Shown piece by piece: positions 18,353-28,101 of a DNA stretch of 64,000 nt (position 1 is its first letter; every line of letters starts with the position of its first letter). This stretch comes from a virus. A program made the translations under genes and the position numbers. The stretch lies in IMG/VR virus record IMGVR_UViG_3300045256_000282, positions 32,001-96,000 of that record; one strand, 5' to 3'. The notes under the pieces are model-generated. The model had not been told where the DNA came from. It ran no database searches and worked only from the letters and a program-made list of their open reading frames with translations.

Positions 18353-18594
18353 AGTTTTTTATGGTGGTGCTAGCTTTGATCTGCTCTTTTGGCTTGTTTA
18401 AGCAAAGAGTGGACTTTCAGAAGAGATTGGTTGCCTACAAGAATGCTGCAGAGTGGGGATGCTATCAGGGCTACCTTTCTGCCACGAATTCTGTAGAAGA
18501 TGAAATTAAAAGGGGTGAGATCCGAGAAGAAGGTTTGATCAGATGTCCCGTCATGGCGGAAGGTTTTAAGGAATTTATAAGGAACGGCAAATGA
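18346..18594 (+). CDS. Membrane-anchored hypothetical protein
   Basis: N-terminal hydrophobic helix. Confidence 0.55.
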   Translation: MLKFFMVVLALICSFGLFKQRVDFQKRLVAYKNAAEWGCYQGYLSATNSVEDEIKRGEIREEGLIRCPVMAEGFKEFIRNGK

Positions 18595-19592
18595 ACAAGA
18601 TCATGGAGATGCGTTTTGGCAGCCATCTTTATGGCACCAATACCGAAAACTCTGATTTAGACATGAAAGCGATCTATATTCCTTCTGCTCGAGAGATCAT
18701 CTTGGGTAATTACAAGAAAACGATCACGGTCACCAGGAACAAGAAGGAAGGCGAAAGAAACACAAAGGACGACATAGACGTCGAGATGTTCAGTCTTGAT
18801 CGGTATCTCGAGCTTCTTATGGAAGGCCAGACAGTAGCTTTAGACATAACCTTTGGTGTAGGGGTTGACGATATAGAGTCAGATCTTGGATCTGAGATCT
18901 TCATCACCATAATCCAGAACCTAGACAAGTTGTTGACTAGAAACGTCAACGCCTTCGTGGGGTATGCAAGGCAGCAGGCTGCTAAGTACGGTATCAAAGG
19001 ATCTAGAATGGACGCGCTAAAGAGCGTCATGGAGATGCTCGAGCTGTTCTACTACCAGGACAAGTTGATCGACCACAAGGTCGAGCTTGAGGCTTTAGTT
19101 GAGCGATCAAGCGAGCTGATCTCTCTTGAGAAGACGCCGCTGATCGAAATCGTCGACATCAAGGGACCTAACGGTAGTGTGGAGCCCCACCTTCATGTAT
19201 GCGGTAGGAAGATTCCGTTCCACGCCAAGGTTCAGTTCGCCAAGCAAGTATTTGGAAAGATTTTAGAAGGATATGGATCTCGAGCACGCAAGGCAAACCT
19301 TGACGGAGGTATCGACTGGAAAGCGCTATCTCATGCTGTAAGAGTTAATAATGAGGCGCTCGAGTTGCTTAATACGGGAAAGATCACTTTTCCAAGACCG
19401 GAGGCTCAACTCCTATTAGACATAAAGCTTGGAAAGATTGAATACGAAAAAGTTGCGGAGATGATCGAGCAAGGTTTGGCAGACTTGACGGAAGCTCATA
19501 AGACCAGCAAACTCAGAGACGAACCAGACAAAGAGTGGGCTAAAGATTTCTTGTATTCTGTATACCTTGAAGAAATTAAGAGGACAACGTGA
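18591..19592 (+). CDS. Pol-beta superfamily nucleotidyltransferase (RlaP / T4 NrdC.11-like)
   Basis: FGSHLYGT...SDLD, F.GYAR.QA.KY, DWKALSHAVR motifs. Confidence 0.85.
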   Translation: MNKIMEMRFGSHLYGTNTENSDLDMKAIYIPSAREIILGNYKKTITVTRNKKEGERNTKDDIDVEMFSLDRYLELLMEGQTVALDITFGVGVDDIESDLGSEIFITIIQNLDKLLTRNVNAFVGYARQQAAKYGIKGSRMDALKSVMEMLELFYYQDKLIDHKVELEALVERSSELISLEKTPLIEIVDIKGPNGSVEPHLHVCGRKIPFHAKVQFAKQVFGKILEGYGSRARKANLDGGIDWKALSHAVRVNNEALELLNTGKITFPRPEAQLLLDIKLGKIEYEKVAEMIEQGLADLTEAHKTSKLRDEPDKEWAKDFLYSVYLEEIKRTT

Positions 19593-19990
19593 AAATTAAC
19601 TACAAGGACGCGTACCTTCAATTGATTGAGTATGTAAACGCAAAGAATGTCTGGGTTTACGATACCGACCTGCATGGTCCTGGTATGGCTTTTGATCTAA
19701 GACGTGGCGGCACACGAAGACTAATCGGCATAGACGGCAGGCTTTCTTGGAAAAGACGGCTTTTTGTACTGATGCATGAGGTTGGGCATCTTTTCTTCCT
19801 GCATATCCCTACTCAAAAACTCAAGTTCAGAAAAAGCACCGGCTCCAGCGAGATCGCTGCCAACAGAACTGCGGTAAGGCTGATCAAGATATTGACAGGT
19901 CGTGACAGGCACAAGCTTCATCTCGAATATGCTCGCTATTATAACAGTGCTGTAAAAGGAACCTCTAGGAACAAGTTCTTGTTGACTTAA
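19589..19990 (+). CDS. ImmA/IrrE-like zinc metallopeptidase
   Basis: F.LMHEVGH...E..AN..A. Confidence 0.7.
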   Translation: MKINYKDAYLQLIEYVNAKNVWVYDTDLHGPGMAFDLRRGGTRRLIGIDGRLSWKRRLFVLMHEVGHLFFLHIPTQKLKFRKSTGSSEIAANRTAVRLIKILTGRDRHKLHLEYARYYNSAVKGTSRNKFLLT

Positions 19991-20026
19991 AGGGTCAGAT
20001 TTGTAAAGATACAAGGAGAGGTGCTT

Positions 20027-20377
20027 ATGGGAAAAATGAAAGAGCTTTACATCAACGCTTACGAGTCTGGCATCGATCTTGGTATGGATCATGACGAAGC
20101 TGATCAGTACGCAAGGGAATCATTAGCACAAATGTTCGATATTGAAGATAACAATAGCAGATATGAGTCAAATAAGAAGATCCTAGAGATTTTGGGACGT
20201 TTGAACGAAGAAAATCCTGATCAAAGGTTTGTTCAGTTGTTGTTCAATGCTGACATCTTAGTCTCTAACAGAGGGGAAGACGGTAAGATTTCTGTAGAAA
20301 ACGAGTACAACACAGAATCAGAAGAAACTTTAGAAAGACTTTTGAATTCTAGCATTGTAAATTCAGATAAGGAATAA
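20027..20377 (+). CDS. Hypothetical protein
   Basis: TTGACT promoter at 19982 and AGGAGAGG RBS; PDQRF.QLL.N motif. Confidence 0.6.
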   Translation: MGKMKELYINAYESGIDLGMDHDEADQYARESLAQMFDIEDNNSRYESNKKILEILGRLNEENPDQRFVQLLFNADILVSNRGEDGKISVENEYNTESEETLERLLNSSIVNSDKE

Positions 20378-20386
20378 GGAGATCGC

Positions 20387-20818
20387 ATGTTCGGACTATT
20401 CAATAAACATTTAAAGGCAGAGATTGAAAAACTACAGAAGCAGCTGGCGGAGCACCGTGACCATCAGGGCCGCGCCGACCGATTATTTGCTGAGCTTAAG
20501 GAAGCAAAGCAGGAAAACGAAAATCTTCGGATTTCTCTTGAATCCACCGAAAGACAAGTCGAAGAGCTTAGAAACGAATATTCGGTAAAACTCACCGATG
20601 CTCAGGCTAAAAAGTATTTGAAGGCGCTTGATAAGCGGAATCTTCAGAAGCTTGAGGATATTGTGAACTCTATGCCTAACGATTCCTACTTTTATAGCGA
20701 ATTCATTGTTTACGTCAAGAAGACAAATAAGACCGAGCTTCGTTTGATTGAAGATAAGCTGGGGGCTCTTAAGATCCTAAGTCAGGCTAAGCGAGGAGCT
20801 ATCAAGATCGTGTGCTGA
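20387..20818 (+). CDS. Coiled-coil hypothetical protein
   Basis: 143 aa, AGGAG RBS. Confidence 0.65.
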   Translation: MFGLFNKHLKAEIEKLQKQLAEHRDHQGRADRLFAELKEAKQENENLRISLESTERQVEELRNEYSVKLTDAQAKKYLKALDKRNLQKLEDIVNSMPNDSYFYSEFIVYVKKTNKTELRLIEDKLGALKILSQAKRGAIKIVC

Positions 20819-20896
20819 GAGCTTTAACTTATATTTTTATGGATTGCAAGCACCAAGTATTGCGTGATATCATTAGACCAGAAAGAAGACTATAAA

Positions 20897-21125
20897 ATGA
20901 GTAAAAAAAATAAGCAAAGTCAAAACGAAGAAAAAAGATAAGAAGTATTGGGTACACTACGTTGAAAACTCAACTCCCAAGATCAAAGGGTTTGCCACAC
21001 AACCGTCTTTGAATCGATTCGTAAACAATTTTCCTTCAAACCCAGAAGACGGCTATTGGGTTGATTTTACCTTTAAGGGTAAGATTATCCATGCTGACCA
21101 TTATTACGAGGGCGATATAAAATGA
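20897..21125 (+). pseudogene. Small gene frameshifted at an A8 run
   Basis: Removing one A from 20903-20910 gives a 75-aa ORF MSKKISKVKTKKKDKKYWVHYVEN...DIK ending ATGA-coupled to the next ORF. Confidence 0.45.
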
Positions 21126-21405
21126 GAGCGATTGCCGTAGTCATTGCATCCATTATAATCTACGGCGCTTCTCTGTACCTTGGCGCTAAGCTTGTTAGGG
21201 AGATCGGTAACGTTAAGTTTCATTTAGAGGACCCCGTCCCATGAGAGTTGGCGAACTCAAGAAGTTCCTAGAAGCCACCGACGATGAGGTTTTGGTTAAC
21301 CTAGAGGTTTTATTGGACGGCAAGACCATCTGTGTCACTGCGGACACAGTTCAGGACGATGAGGTTGGCTCAATAGTTTTAGTTAGTTACCTCAAAAAAT
21401 AATTG

Positions 21406-21434
21406 TTGACTCTATAGGTCATCTATGAGATGAT
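21406..21434 (+). promoter_or_regulatory. Sigma70-type promoter, probably leaderless transcript
   Basis: TTGACT-17-GATGAT with TG extension; ATG 7 nt downstream without RBS. Confidence 0.7.
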
Positions 21435-21440
21435 TTATAC

Positions 21441-21716
21441 ATGAAAACAATAACACAAGAAAATGCAGTTAAGTTAATCAAGTCAACAGAAGGCCGTATC
21501 TTTACGGTTGAGTTCACCAAGAAAGATGGTAGCCATCGCAAGATGAACTGCCGCTTAGGTGTAACAAAGCACCTCAAGGGTGGTGAGCTTGCTTACGAAC
21601 CCTCTGAGTATGATCTGATCACGGTTTTTGATGTTCAAAAAGGTGGATACCGAATGATCGCTATCGACACTCTTGAACAGGTCGCCATAGATGGCGAAGA
21701 ATACAAGGTGGCATAA
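21441..21716 (+). CDS. WYL-like / SH3-fold phage protein
   Basis: FTVEFTKKDGS.R.M, V.DV.K.GYR motifs. Confidence 0.65.
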   Translation: MKTITQENAVKLIKSTEGRIFTVEFTKKDGSHRKMNCRLGVTKHLKGGELAYEPSEYDLITVFDVQKGGYRMIAIDTLEQVAIDGEEYKVA

Positions 21717-21717
21717 T

Positions 21718-21960
21718 ATGAAAAAACTCGTTAGAGACCTAAAACCAAACGACCATTTTCTGGACAGCTTTGGCAACGCTTTAGTTGTTGAAAGTATTGG
21801 ACAGGTCATCGAATCCACCATATCCAGATCTTACCCTAAAGTTAAGATCTTTTTGATTACTCAAAAAGGTAACAGGATGCACATGATTTTCGATGCTAAC
21901 AGGGAGGTTGAGTTTTTTTCAAAACAAGAACTCATTAAAGACCCAGGAAAGGATAGTTGA
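21718..21960 (+). CDS. Hypothetical protein
   Basis: MKKLVRDLKPND... in run of coupled small ORFs. Confidence 0.5.
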   Translation: MKKLVRDLKPNDHFLDSFGNALVVESIGQVIESTISRSYPKVKIFLITQKGNRMHMIFDANREVEFFSKQELIKDPGKDS

Positions 21961-22155
21961 TATGTACAGCGGAAAGAAGTTGATCGAAGAGACTACGTCT
22001 TTAGTTTATAAGCTTCTCCCTAACTTGACGATTGAAACCGTCCGGTATTTTGTGGTAGATTCATATAGCACCGCAGAATACTTTGACGGAGAACCCGTAA
22101 ACCCTGAGTGGTTTGCAGGGAAGGTGGTTGAGCGGATGAAGTGGAAGGGAGCTGT

Positions 22156-22446
22156 ATGATTACGACTGAAACGAAAAAACTCATCGATCAGCTCGAAAAG
22201 ATGCTAGCAAAGTGCCCACCTTTCCCTTGGGAGTTTGGTGGGAATGTACCTTTTTACGTCGATGTCCGAAAACCTCGCCCGTCTCTTTCAAAGCATGACG
22301 ATGCTCGACCCTCATACTGGCACTACGATGACGGACTATACGTTTCTGCTGCCATACACTCTGTACCAAAGTTGATCGAGGAGATTAAACGCTTGGAACT
22401 TGCTTTAGACCAGGCACTACAAACTAAGGAGAATGCGCATGAATGA
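22156..22446 (+). CDS. Ead/Ea22-like hypothetical protein
   Basis: TP.PW-like start and AA...VP.LI.EI.RL end; GGAG RBS. Confidence 0.45.
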   Translation: MITTETKKLIDQLEKMLAKCPPFPWEFGGNVPFYVDVRKPRPSLSKHDDARPSYWHYDDGLYVSAAIHSVPKLIEEIKRLELALDQALQTKENAHE

Positions 22447-22726
22447 TCTAGAAGTAAGATTTTTTGACCTCGTAAAAGAGTACGAAAGGCTTAACGAGCA
22501 CCGCAAGAAGGCATGGGCTGAGCTTGAGGTGGTTATGCAGAGCCTGGGAGTGGGTACGTATCATCAGGATACAGACCTGACCGTCTACAAGATCACAAAA
22601 CCTACGGGAACTTATGTCGAGTTTCGCCAAGTTGGCTACGACAGGACCGCAAAGGCTCACGAGTCACGAGGCACGCTGTCTAAGAAGGAAGCGGAGGAGA
22701 ACGGCTTTGCCGTTTTTAAGAAGTGA
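22433..22726 (+). CDS. Hypothetical protein
   Basis: 97 aa, AGGAG RBS. Confidence 0.6.
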   Translation: MRMNDLEVRFFDLVKEYERLNEHRKKAWAELEVVMQSLGVGTYHQDTDLTVYKITKPTGTYVEFRQVGYDRTAKAHESRGTLSKKEAEENGFAVFKK

Positions 22727-22926
22727 TGTACACGCTATTATCTAAGATGAAGTTCTTGCAGGAAGACCCTGACACTGAGATCGGAAGATTCGAAGGGGTG
22801 GCTGAGGCCATCTTTTATGCCAAAGAGGTGGCGTTTCCGAGCGAAGAGTTTTACGTGGTGGATGATTACGGAACGTTTATGGCAAGTATCGTTACTAAGT
22901 CTGAGGTGCCGAAGGCTTTAGCTTAG
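22723..22926 (+). CDS. Hypothetical protein
   Basis: 67 aa, coupled. Confidence 0.5.
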   Translation: MMYTLLSKMKFLQEDPDTEIGRFEGVAEAIFYAKEVAFPSEEFYVVDDYGTFMASIVTKSEVPKALA

Positions 22927-23294
22927 CGTTCGCTGACCAACTTAGTCAACAATGTAACAAGTTGACTGTGCTGACCACGGACTTCTTCTCTGAGTTCTTC
23001 GATCTTATGTCCTAGGTTCCTGATCTCTGAGTTGTAAGTCTCTCTGATGTGGCTGACATCCTTCTTGAATGAGTCTTCAAGTCTGGTGATCTCCCTGGTC
23101 AGGTTCTCGATCTGGCCTTTCAAGATAGCCACGTCCGTCTGTCCAGTTGCTTTTACAAGGTCTATTGCCTTCTCTGTTTCCTCAGCAAGTTCTTGCTTGA
23201 AACCTGCCTTAAGACGTGATACACTCACGTAGAGTCCGAGTAGGGTGGAGAGTGCGATCAAGAGTTGTGCTATCAGGGTGTGGTCCATGGCCAT
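22923..23294 (-). CDS. Single-TM coiled-coil late protein (holin/BhlA- or XhlA-like)
   Basis: N-terminal TM, heptad coiled coil, AATCTTT motif at 23311-23317 and GAGG RBS. Confidence 0.6.
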   Translation of the reverse strand: MAMDHTLIAQLLIALSTLLGLYVSVSRLKAGFKQELAEETEKAIDLVKATGQTDVAILKGQIENLTREITRLEDSFKKDVSHIRETYNSEIRNLGHKIEELREEVRGQHSQLVTLLTKLVSER

Positions 23295-23356
23295 AATTTC
23301 CTCACCTTATAAAGATTACTGCTTTTTACATGATATCATTAGGTTTAGAGGTTCAA

Positions 23357-23854
23357 ATGGAAGATACCGTAAAAGAGTCCGATATTACTATAGAAAATGA
23401 CACCGCCCTTTGGTCCATCACCCATCAGGGGGAGATCGGGGGGACATACCTGGGCACGTTCAGGTTTAAGACCTTCCTAACTCCATCCCAGGTCCTAGAG
23501 GCCGACAGGGATTTTAGGGAGCTTATCGGCCCTAACGCCCAGTTCGCAGCCACGAACGCCGAGAACATCGCCTACGCCCTTGCCCAGCTCAAGCAGAGGG
23601 TTATCGACTCACCCCCATTCTGGAAGGATGGCTCCAGGTTCCCTGGCTCCTCGATCAAGGACCTAGACGCCCTACAACTTGTCCTAGAGGCTTCCATCAT
23701 GGCTGAGGTCAAGTATCGAAAGGTCCTAACCGAGAAGCACGAGAACGACCTTAAGCGCCTTAAGTCCATAATGGACAAGAAGGCTGAGATGGAGAAGATC
23801 AACGAAGAGTTCAAGGAAAAGAAGGACGAAGACCCTAAGGGGAACAAGCTTTAA
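23357..23854 (+). CDS. Putative tail assembly chaperone (G-like)
   Basis: Y.GTF.FK..T......D...R...G, A.ALA.L...V...P.FW pattern resembling myophage tail chaperones. Confidence 0.55.
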   Translation: MEDTVKESDITIENDTALWSITHQGEIGGTYLGTFRFKTFLTPSQVLEADRDFRELIGPNAQFAATNAENIAYALAQLKQRVIDSPPFWKDGSRFPGSSIKDLDALQLVLEASIMAEVKYRKVLTEKHENDLKRLKSIMDKKAEMEKINEEFKEKKDEDPKGNKL

Positions 23855-23869
23855 GTTCAAGGAAGGTCC

Positions 23870-24100
23870 ATGGCCAAGCCTACCAAGAAGAAGACTCACA
23901 AGATCACCCTCTACACCTGCGGGGTGGACTGGCAACACGAGATAGGCCAAGCTTCCGACCTATGCGGTAAATCTCCCCTCTACCATTCCGTAAAGGCCCT
24001 GAAGGCTAAGCGAACATGCTGGAAGGAGTGCGGGATAGTTAAGCTTTCCTTAACATTAGACGAGTGGGTTGTTGACCAAGACTTCGGACGTAAGAGATGA
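23870..24100 (+). CDS. Hypothetical protein
   Basis: 76 aa, AGGAAGG RBS. Confidence 0.55.
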   Translation: MAKPTKKKTHKITLYTCGVDWQHEIGQASDLCGKSPLYHSVKALKAKRTCWKECGIVKLSLTLDEWVVDQDFGRKR

Positions 24101-24603
24101 AACCTTCTGATTTCCTAAAGATTCACGATTCAGCCCTGGTGGACACCCTAGAACCAGATATGACCTACCACTACAGGTCTATCTGTAGGTGGTACTCAGA
24201 GAAGTTTCACACCCCTCTTCATACGGTCGAGAACGAGCTTCCTCCCATCTACGTCCTTAGGCACTACTACGAGTCAAACTTCTCCACCATGGAAGAAGAG
24301 GACATGGAGAGGCTCATATTTAAGGCACTCAACCCAGACTGGAACGAGGATGAGGAAGAGGATATCCAAGACTTCATAGACATGGTCGAGAAGGAAGATA
24401 AAGCCCGACAATCCAAGTCAACTAATAAGAAGCAATCTATAGAAGGTAAGTCTAAACCGAGCGGGACTTCGAGTGTTGGTTCTGTAACTAGAACTTTCGA
24501 CGAACCTCCGCCGCCCGAGGCAGGCTCCGATCCAGACAGCACGCTGGGTCCGACACCAGTGATCGGTGATGAGGATGATGACTCTGATCCTCAACAAGAC
24601 TAG
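24097..24603 (+). CDS. Putative tail assembly chaperone (T-like) with acidic tail
   Basis: R.ICRWYS.KF.TPL..V......L..YYE pattern. Confidence 0.45.
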   Translation: MKPSDFLKIHDSALVDTLEPDMTYHYRSICRWYSEKFHTPLHTVENELPPIYVLRHYYESNFSTMEEEDMERLIFKALNPDWNEDEEEDIQDFIDMVEKEDKARQSKSTNKKQSIEGKSKPSGTSSVGSVTRTFDEPPPPEAGSDPDSTLGPTPVIGDEDDDSDPQQD

Positions 24604-24696
24604 TAAGGGTTACTAAGCGTTTTTAGGGTCGCCCCTAGAATCGCCCCCCGTATTTCCAGCCCTGGTTGTGGCCAACAGAAAGTTAAAAGTTGGATT

Positions 24697-24936
24697 TCAC
24701 GATCGGGGATTCTTGCGTCTAGAGAGTTTGGTTAACCTCTTAATCTCAAAATTCTTTTCCTGAAGCTTGAGATCCATGATCTTTAACTTAACCATCATCA
24801 ATAAAGCCTTGTGTTCAGCTTCAAAAATTCGCTTTTCTACGGTCAGATTTTTATCGCTCGGATCTGTATTACGTCCGTACGTTGCCTTTACGTGCATCTC
24901 CCAAGCCTTTTTCGTTTCGCTGTTTAAGTTATTCAT
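24697..24936 (-). CDS. Hypothetical protein
   Basis: 79 aa, GGAG RBS. Confidence 0.55.
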   Translation of the reverse strand: MNNLNSETKKAWEMHVKATYGRNTDPSDKNLTVEKRIFEAEHKALLMMVKLKIMDLKLQEKNFEIKRLTKLSRRKNPRS

Positions 24937-25403
24937 TTGTTCTCCAGTCCCAGATAGCTCCGATTAAGAAACAGCTACCTGATATGAAGGAGCATACCCT
25001 ACCAAGAGTAACGCTGTCAAGTATTCCTATGAGCGTGGCAGAGAAGAAGGCTATGGCGCAGACTAGTGATAGGGCTTGACGAGGTTTCATATTACCTCAA
25101 AAGCAATATAGCCGCAATTGCAGCCCAGGCAATGCAATGGTGACCTGTGTAGTGTTGGACTCCTGCGTAGACAACGATTAGCAGGGAGAGCTTGTAGACG
25201 TGACGGTATAGGGGTTTCATTAGAACATTACCCCAATTGTGAACCTACCCAAAGTAAGCCGGTAGATGTATTTCTTGTCTTTCCTCATAAACGTGCGAGT
25301 AATACCAAACAACGTGTCCATCCTTTGGTTTCTGCTAGTGTTACTCCACCAACAAGTCCCAGGCTTAGCTATTTTGGCGATCACGATAGGCATTTTCATA
25401 CGG

Positions 25404-25604
25404 TTACTGCTTTTTTCCTTTAGCTGCCATTTCTTTAGCCGCCGCAAACACCCAGCGTCTTGCTGTATACTGATTCCAGTGAAGATTTAACTCAGTGTCT
25501 GTTTCTTTATGAAAGCCCCAACAGTGAGAGCCGTCGCATAGCACCACCCACCCATCGGGTAGGGGCTTGAATCTTTTTGGGTATTGGTACTCAAAAATTG
25601 TCAT
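25404..25604 (-). CDS. Hypothetical protein
   Basis: 66 aa, ATGA-coupled. Confidence 0.5.
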   Translation of the reverse strand: MTIFEYQYPKRFKPLPDGWVVLCDGSHCWGFHKETDTELNLHWNQYTARRWVFAAAKEMAAKGKKQ

Positions 25605-26035
25605 AAACCTTTGTTTTTCCTATCAACTTTCTTCTGCAGCTCTAAAACCTTCTTATCGTGCTCCTCGGTCCACTCTCGAAGGGTGACCTCTCCGAAGACT
25701 GCGTAGGTTCGAACATATTCCGAGGTCGCGTCGTCTAAAACTTTATATCTCAGGTTCATCTGCCAGATTTGGCCGCCAGCTCGAGACAGTAGGCGTTCCA
25801 TGATCGGAAAATTCTTTTTATTGATAACGCCAGTAGAGACCATCTCCTTGACCATCTCGACCTCTTTCGCAGTTTCAGGAGAAGTATAGTACCCCTCAAA
25901 AAGCTTAACCTCACCCCACATCTCCTCATCGATCTCGCCCTGAACATCATTCACGTAGTATTGGCCTGTAGGCGCTCCCCAGCGGTCGGCATACTCCTGG
26001 ATCGAAGGTAACTTGCAGATTCTCTTCATGACCAT
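25601..26035 (-). CDS. Hypothetical protein downstream of structured leader
   Basis: 144 aa, AAGGAG RBS. Confidence 0.65.
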   Translation of the reverse strand: MVMKRICKLPSIQEYADRWGAPTGQYYVNDVQGEIDEEMWGEVKLFEGYYTSPETAKEVEMVKEMVSTGVINKKNFPIMERLLSRAGGQIWQMNLRYKVLDDATSEYVRTYAVFGEVTLREWTEEHDKKVLELQKKVDRKNKGL

Positions 26036-26059
26036 ACTTAGGGCTCCTTAGTTAAAACT

Positions 26060-26288
26060 TTGAACCGATGAGGCGCAACCCTCCACTTGCTCGGTATCTA
26101 CACAAGGCGGCATAATTTAAGGAACCACGCCAGCCAAAGGTCCGGTAAAATCATGGGTTCTACCTAGCCCAGGTGAGGTACCTCCCACCAAGTGTTGTCT
26201 ATTGTTACGAGTCCAACTGTGCCTCGGGAGCTGCCGCTCCTATCCCAACTTAGTATCGAGAGCTACCCGACCTATGGTTGGAAAACTT
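26060..26288 (-). ncRNA. Candidate structured ncRNA or long structured 5' leader
   Basis: No ORF of 60 aa or more on the minus strand; several helices including a GGCA-tetraloop hairpin; G.U pairs favour the minus strand; own promoter. Confidence 0.5.
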
Positions 26289-26294
26289 ATACAT

Positions 26295-26323
26295 ATACTA
26301 TCAGAACTCAAAAAAACTTTCAA
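26295..26323 (-). promoter_or_regulatory. Sigma70-type promoter
   Basis: TTGAAA-17-TAGTAT with TG extension. Confidence 0.6.
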
Positions 26324-26479
26324 ACACTTTCATCTCTTCATCACTCATCCGGCCCATTATCACTGACACCATACCAGGATTCCCCTTAATGATCCACCCC
26401 ATCTTGGTACCGTCTGTCCTTTTGATGTACCTGATGGCAACCATTAATCCAATTCCTTGTTGAGTTCTTTTAAACCCGG

Positions 26480-26866
26480 TCAGGTATTCTTTTTCTTCTT
26501 TTCAAAAGCCTTACGAACCTTGATGCACTGCTTATACAGCCTCTCGACCTCGGCCATTCGTTCCTTGATCGGAGCGTCACTCCAGAACTGGTCATCCATG
26601 AGATCAGGAAGAAATCTAGGACCCCATGCGATAGGACGACGACCTTGGGTGTGGCCAGGAGCATCAAAGCTATTGTAAAACCCCTGAAAGTTCTGGTCAC
26701 CTGTGGCTAGGTGAAAGAACAACTCTCGGATTGCATAGAACGTGTCAGAGTCCCAATCGCTGTGCTCCAGCTCAAACTTCTTGTAAGAAATTTCTTTTAC
26801 AAGCTTATATGCGTGAGTATGGTGCGCTTTAATAAGTCTGTCTAAGGCTTCTATTGTTGAGGTCAT
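26480..26866 (-). CDS. Hypothetical protein
   Basis: 128 aa, GGAG RBS. Confidence 0.6.
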   Translation of the reverse strand: MTSTIEALDRLIKAHHTHAYKLVKEISYKKFELEHSDWDSDTFYAIRELFFHLATGDQNFQGFYNSFDAPGHTQGRRPIAWGPRFLPDLMDDQFWSDAPIKERMAEVERLYKQCIKVRKAFEKKKKNT

Positions 26867-26897
26867 ACTTTTTCTCCAAACAGCTTGAGAAAGCTTC

Positions 26898-27122
26898 TCA
26901 CAAGATCCTCAATCCTCTAAATTCGTTTTCAATATCCTTCTCATACTTTACTACATTGCTTGTGTAAGTCAAGTCCACTTTTCCCCACGGCGTAATCAAA
27001 TCCACACCACGGCGATCTTTAGACTTACCAGACACAACCCACCAATCCAGGCCAAACTTTGGCATATCTGGCTCGATCTCGTTTCTCTTCCACGTTTTAA
27101 GGTATAGCGCTGGAAGCTTCAT
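26898..27122 (-). CDS. Hypothetical protein
   Basis: 74 aa, AAGGAG RBS, coupled. Confidence 0.55.
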   Translation of the reverse strand: MKLPALYLKTWKRNEIEPDMPKFGLDWWVVSGKSKDRRGVDLITPWGKVDLTYTSNVVKYEKDIENEFRGLRIL

Positions 27123-27413
27123 TGCAGATCTCCTTCGTCGTCAAAGTCGTAATCGTAGTAGGAAGGGTCAAAGTCGAGAGGTCCACCTGGGTAACCGCCA
27201 TGGGGTGGATGATATGTGTTCGCGTCCTTACCTCCCTCGGCAACCAAGCGCTCGAACTCTGCAACTAGGTCCTCGTTACCTACCGGAGTCTCGACAGCTT
27301 CTAGCTTGATCTCGTCCTTGCAGGTTCGGCAGTAGTAGTACTTGACCGACATAAGCTCGACAAGTACGCCATCGTTTTTACACTTTGAGCAGATCATAGA
27401 CTCTCCAATACCT

Positions 27414-27679
27414 TCATGATGTTTTACCAAACTTGCCCCGAACCTTTTCCACCAAGAATCCTGGGATAGCGTCAACAAACCTGTAGTCATATCTGGCTGC
27501 ACACTTCTTCAGGTCAGACCTAAGAAAGTCGATGTCGGAGCTTGTCCACTGACCTAGCTGTTGACCCTTCTCGTTCCAAACCTCACCATACACCAGGGTT
27601 TGTCCTGTTTCTAGTTTCAACCATTCTACCGGAAATCCATAGGCTCTCATCGCACATCTCCCTTTAAAATTTGTCTCAT
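27414..27679 (-). CDS. Hypothetical protein (start uncertain)
   Basis: ORF track frame with G.....W.SSD..FLR.DL motif; true start lies within this span. Confidence 0.4.
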
Positions 27680-28101
27680 ATCTTGTAAACCTCAACCAAG
27701 GCTTCCGCCTGTTCCTTCGTGAGACGCTCACCTAACTTGAATCCATACTTGTATACGCTAAGGTAGTTTACTATGTTAACTTCTGTCGAGTGTACGTCAA
27801 GTTGCGATAGGCTATCGCCGTGCAGCTTTGCGATGATCTTCTCGTCCAAAACCCCGTTGTCCTCGCATGAGTATCCGCATATGATATCGAGCTTGACCAT
27901 CGTCAATGGTGGGATAGGTTCGCTGGATATGATGAACACATCAAGGGCGTCACCATCCTTGGCTAAGGTGTCAACGATGAAACCGTAGTTGGTGGGGACG
28001 GAGACGTTAAGGGGTCGGTCAATCTCCATGTTTCCGCTGACCTTGCTGATCTCGTACTTGTAGCGTGTTCCTGCTGGCATCTCTATGATTGCTTTGATCA
28101 T
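27676..28101 (-). CDS. ppa: Inorganic pyrophosphatase (family I)
   Basis: IE.P.G...KYE, DR, NYGFI..TL..DGDALDV, D.G..DEKII motifs. Confidence 0.9.
   Translation of the reverse strand: MIKAIIEMPAGTRYKYEISKVSGNMEIDRPLNVSVPTNYGFIVDTLAKDGDALDVFIISSEPIPPLTMVKLDIICGYSCEDNGVLDEKIIAKLHGDSLSQLDVHSTEVNIVNYLSVYKYGFKLGERLTKEQAEALVEVYKI

Noticed and set aside
26251-26265. SAM-I riboswitch-like TATCGAGAG on the plus strand
   Set aside because: Remaining SAM-I elements absent and orientation is opposite to local transcription
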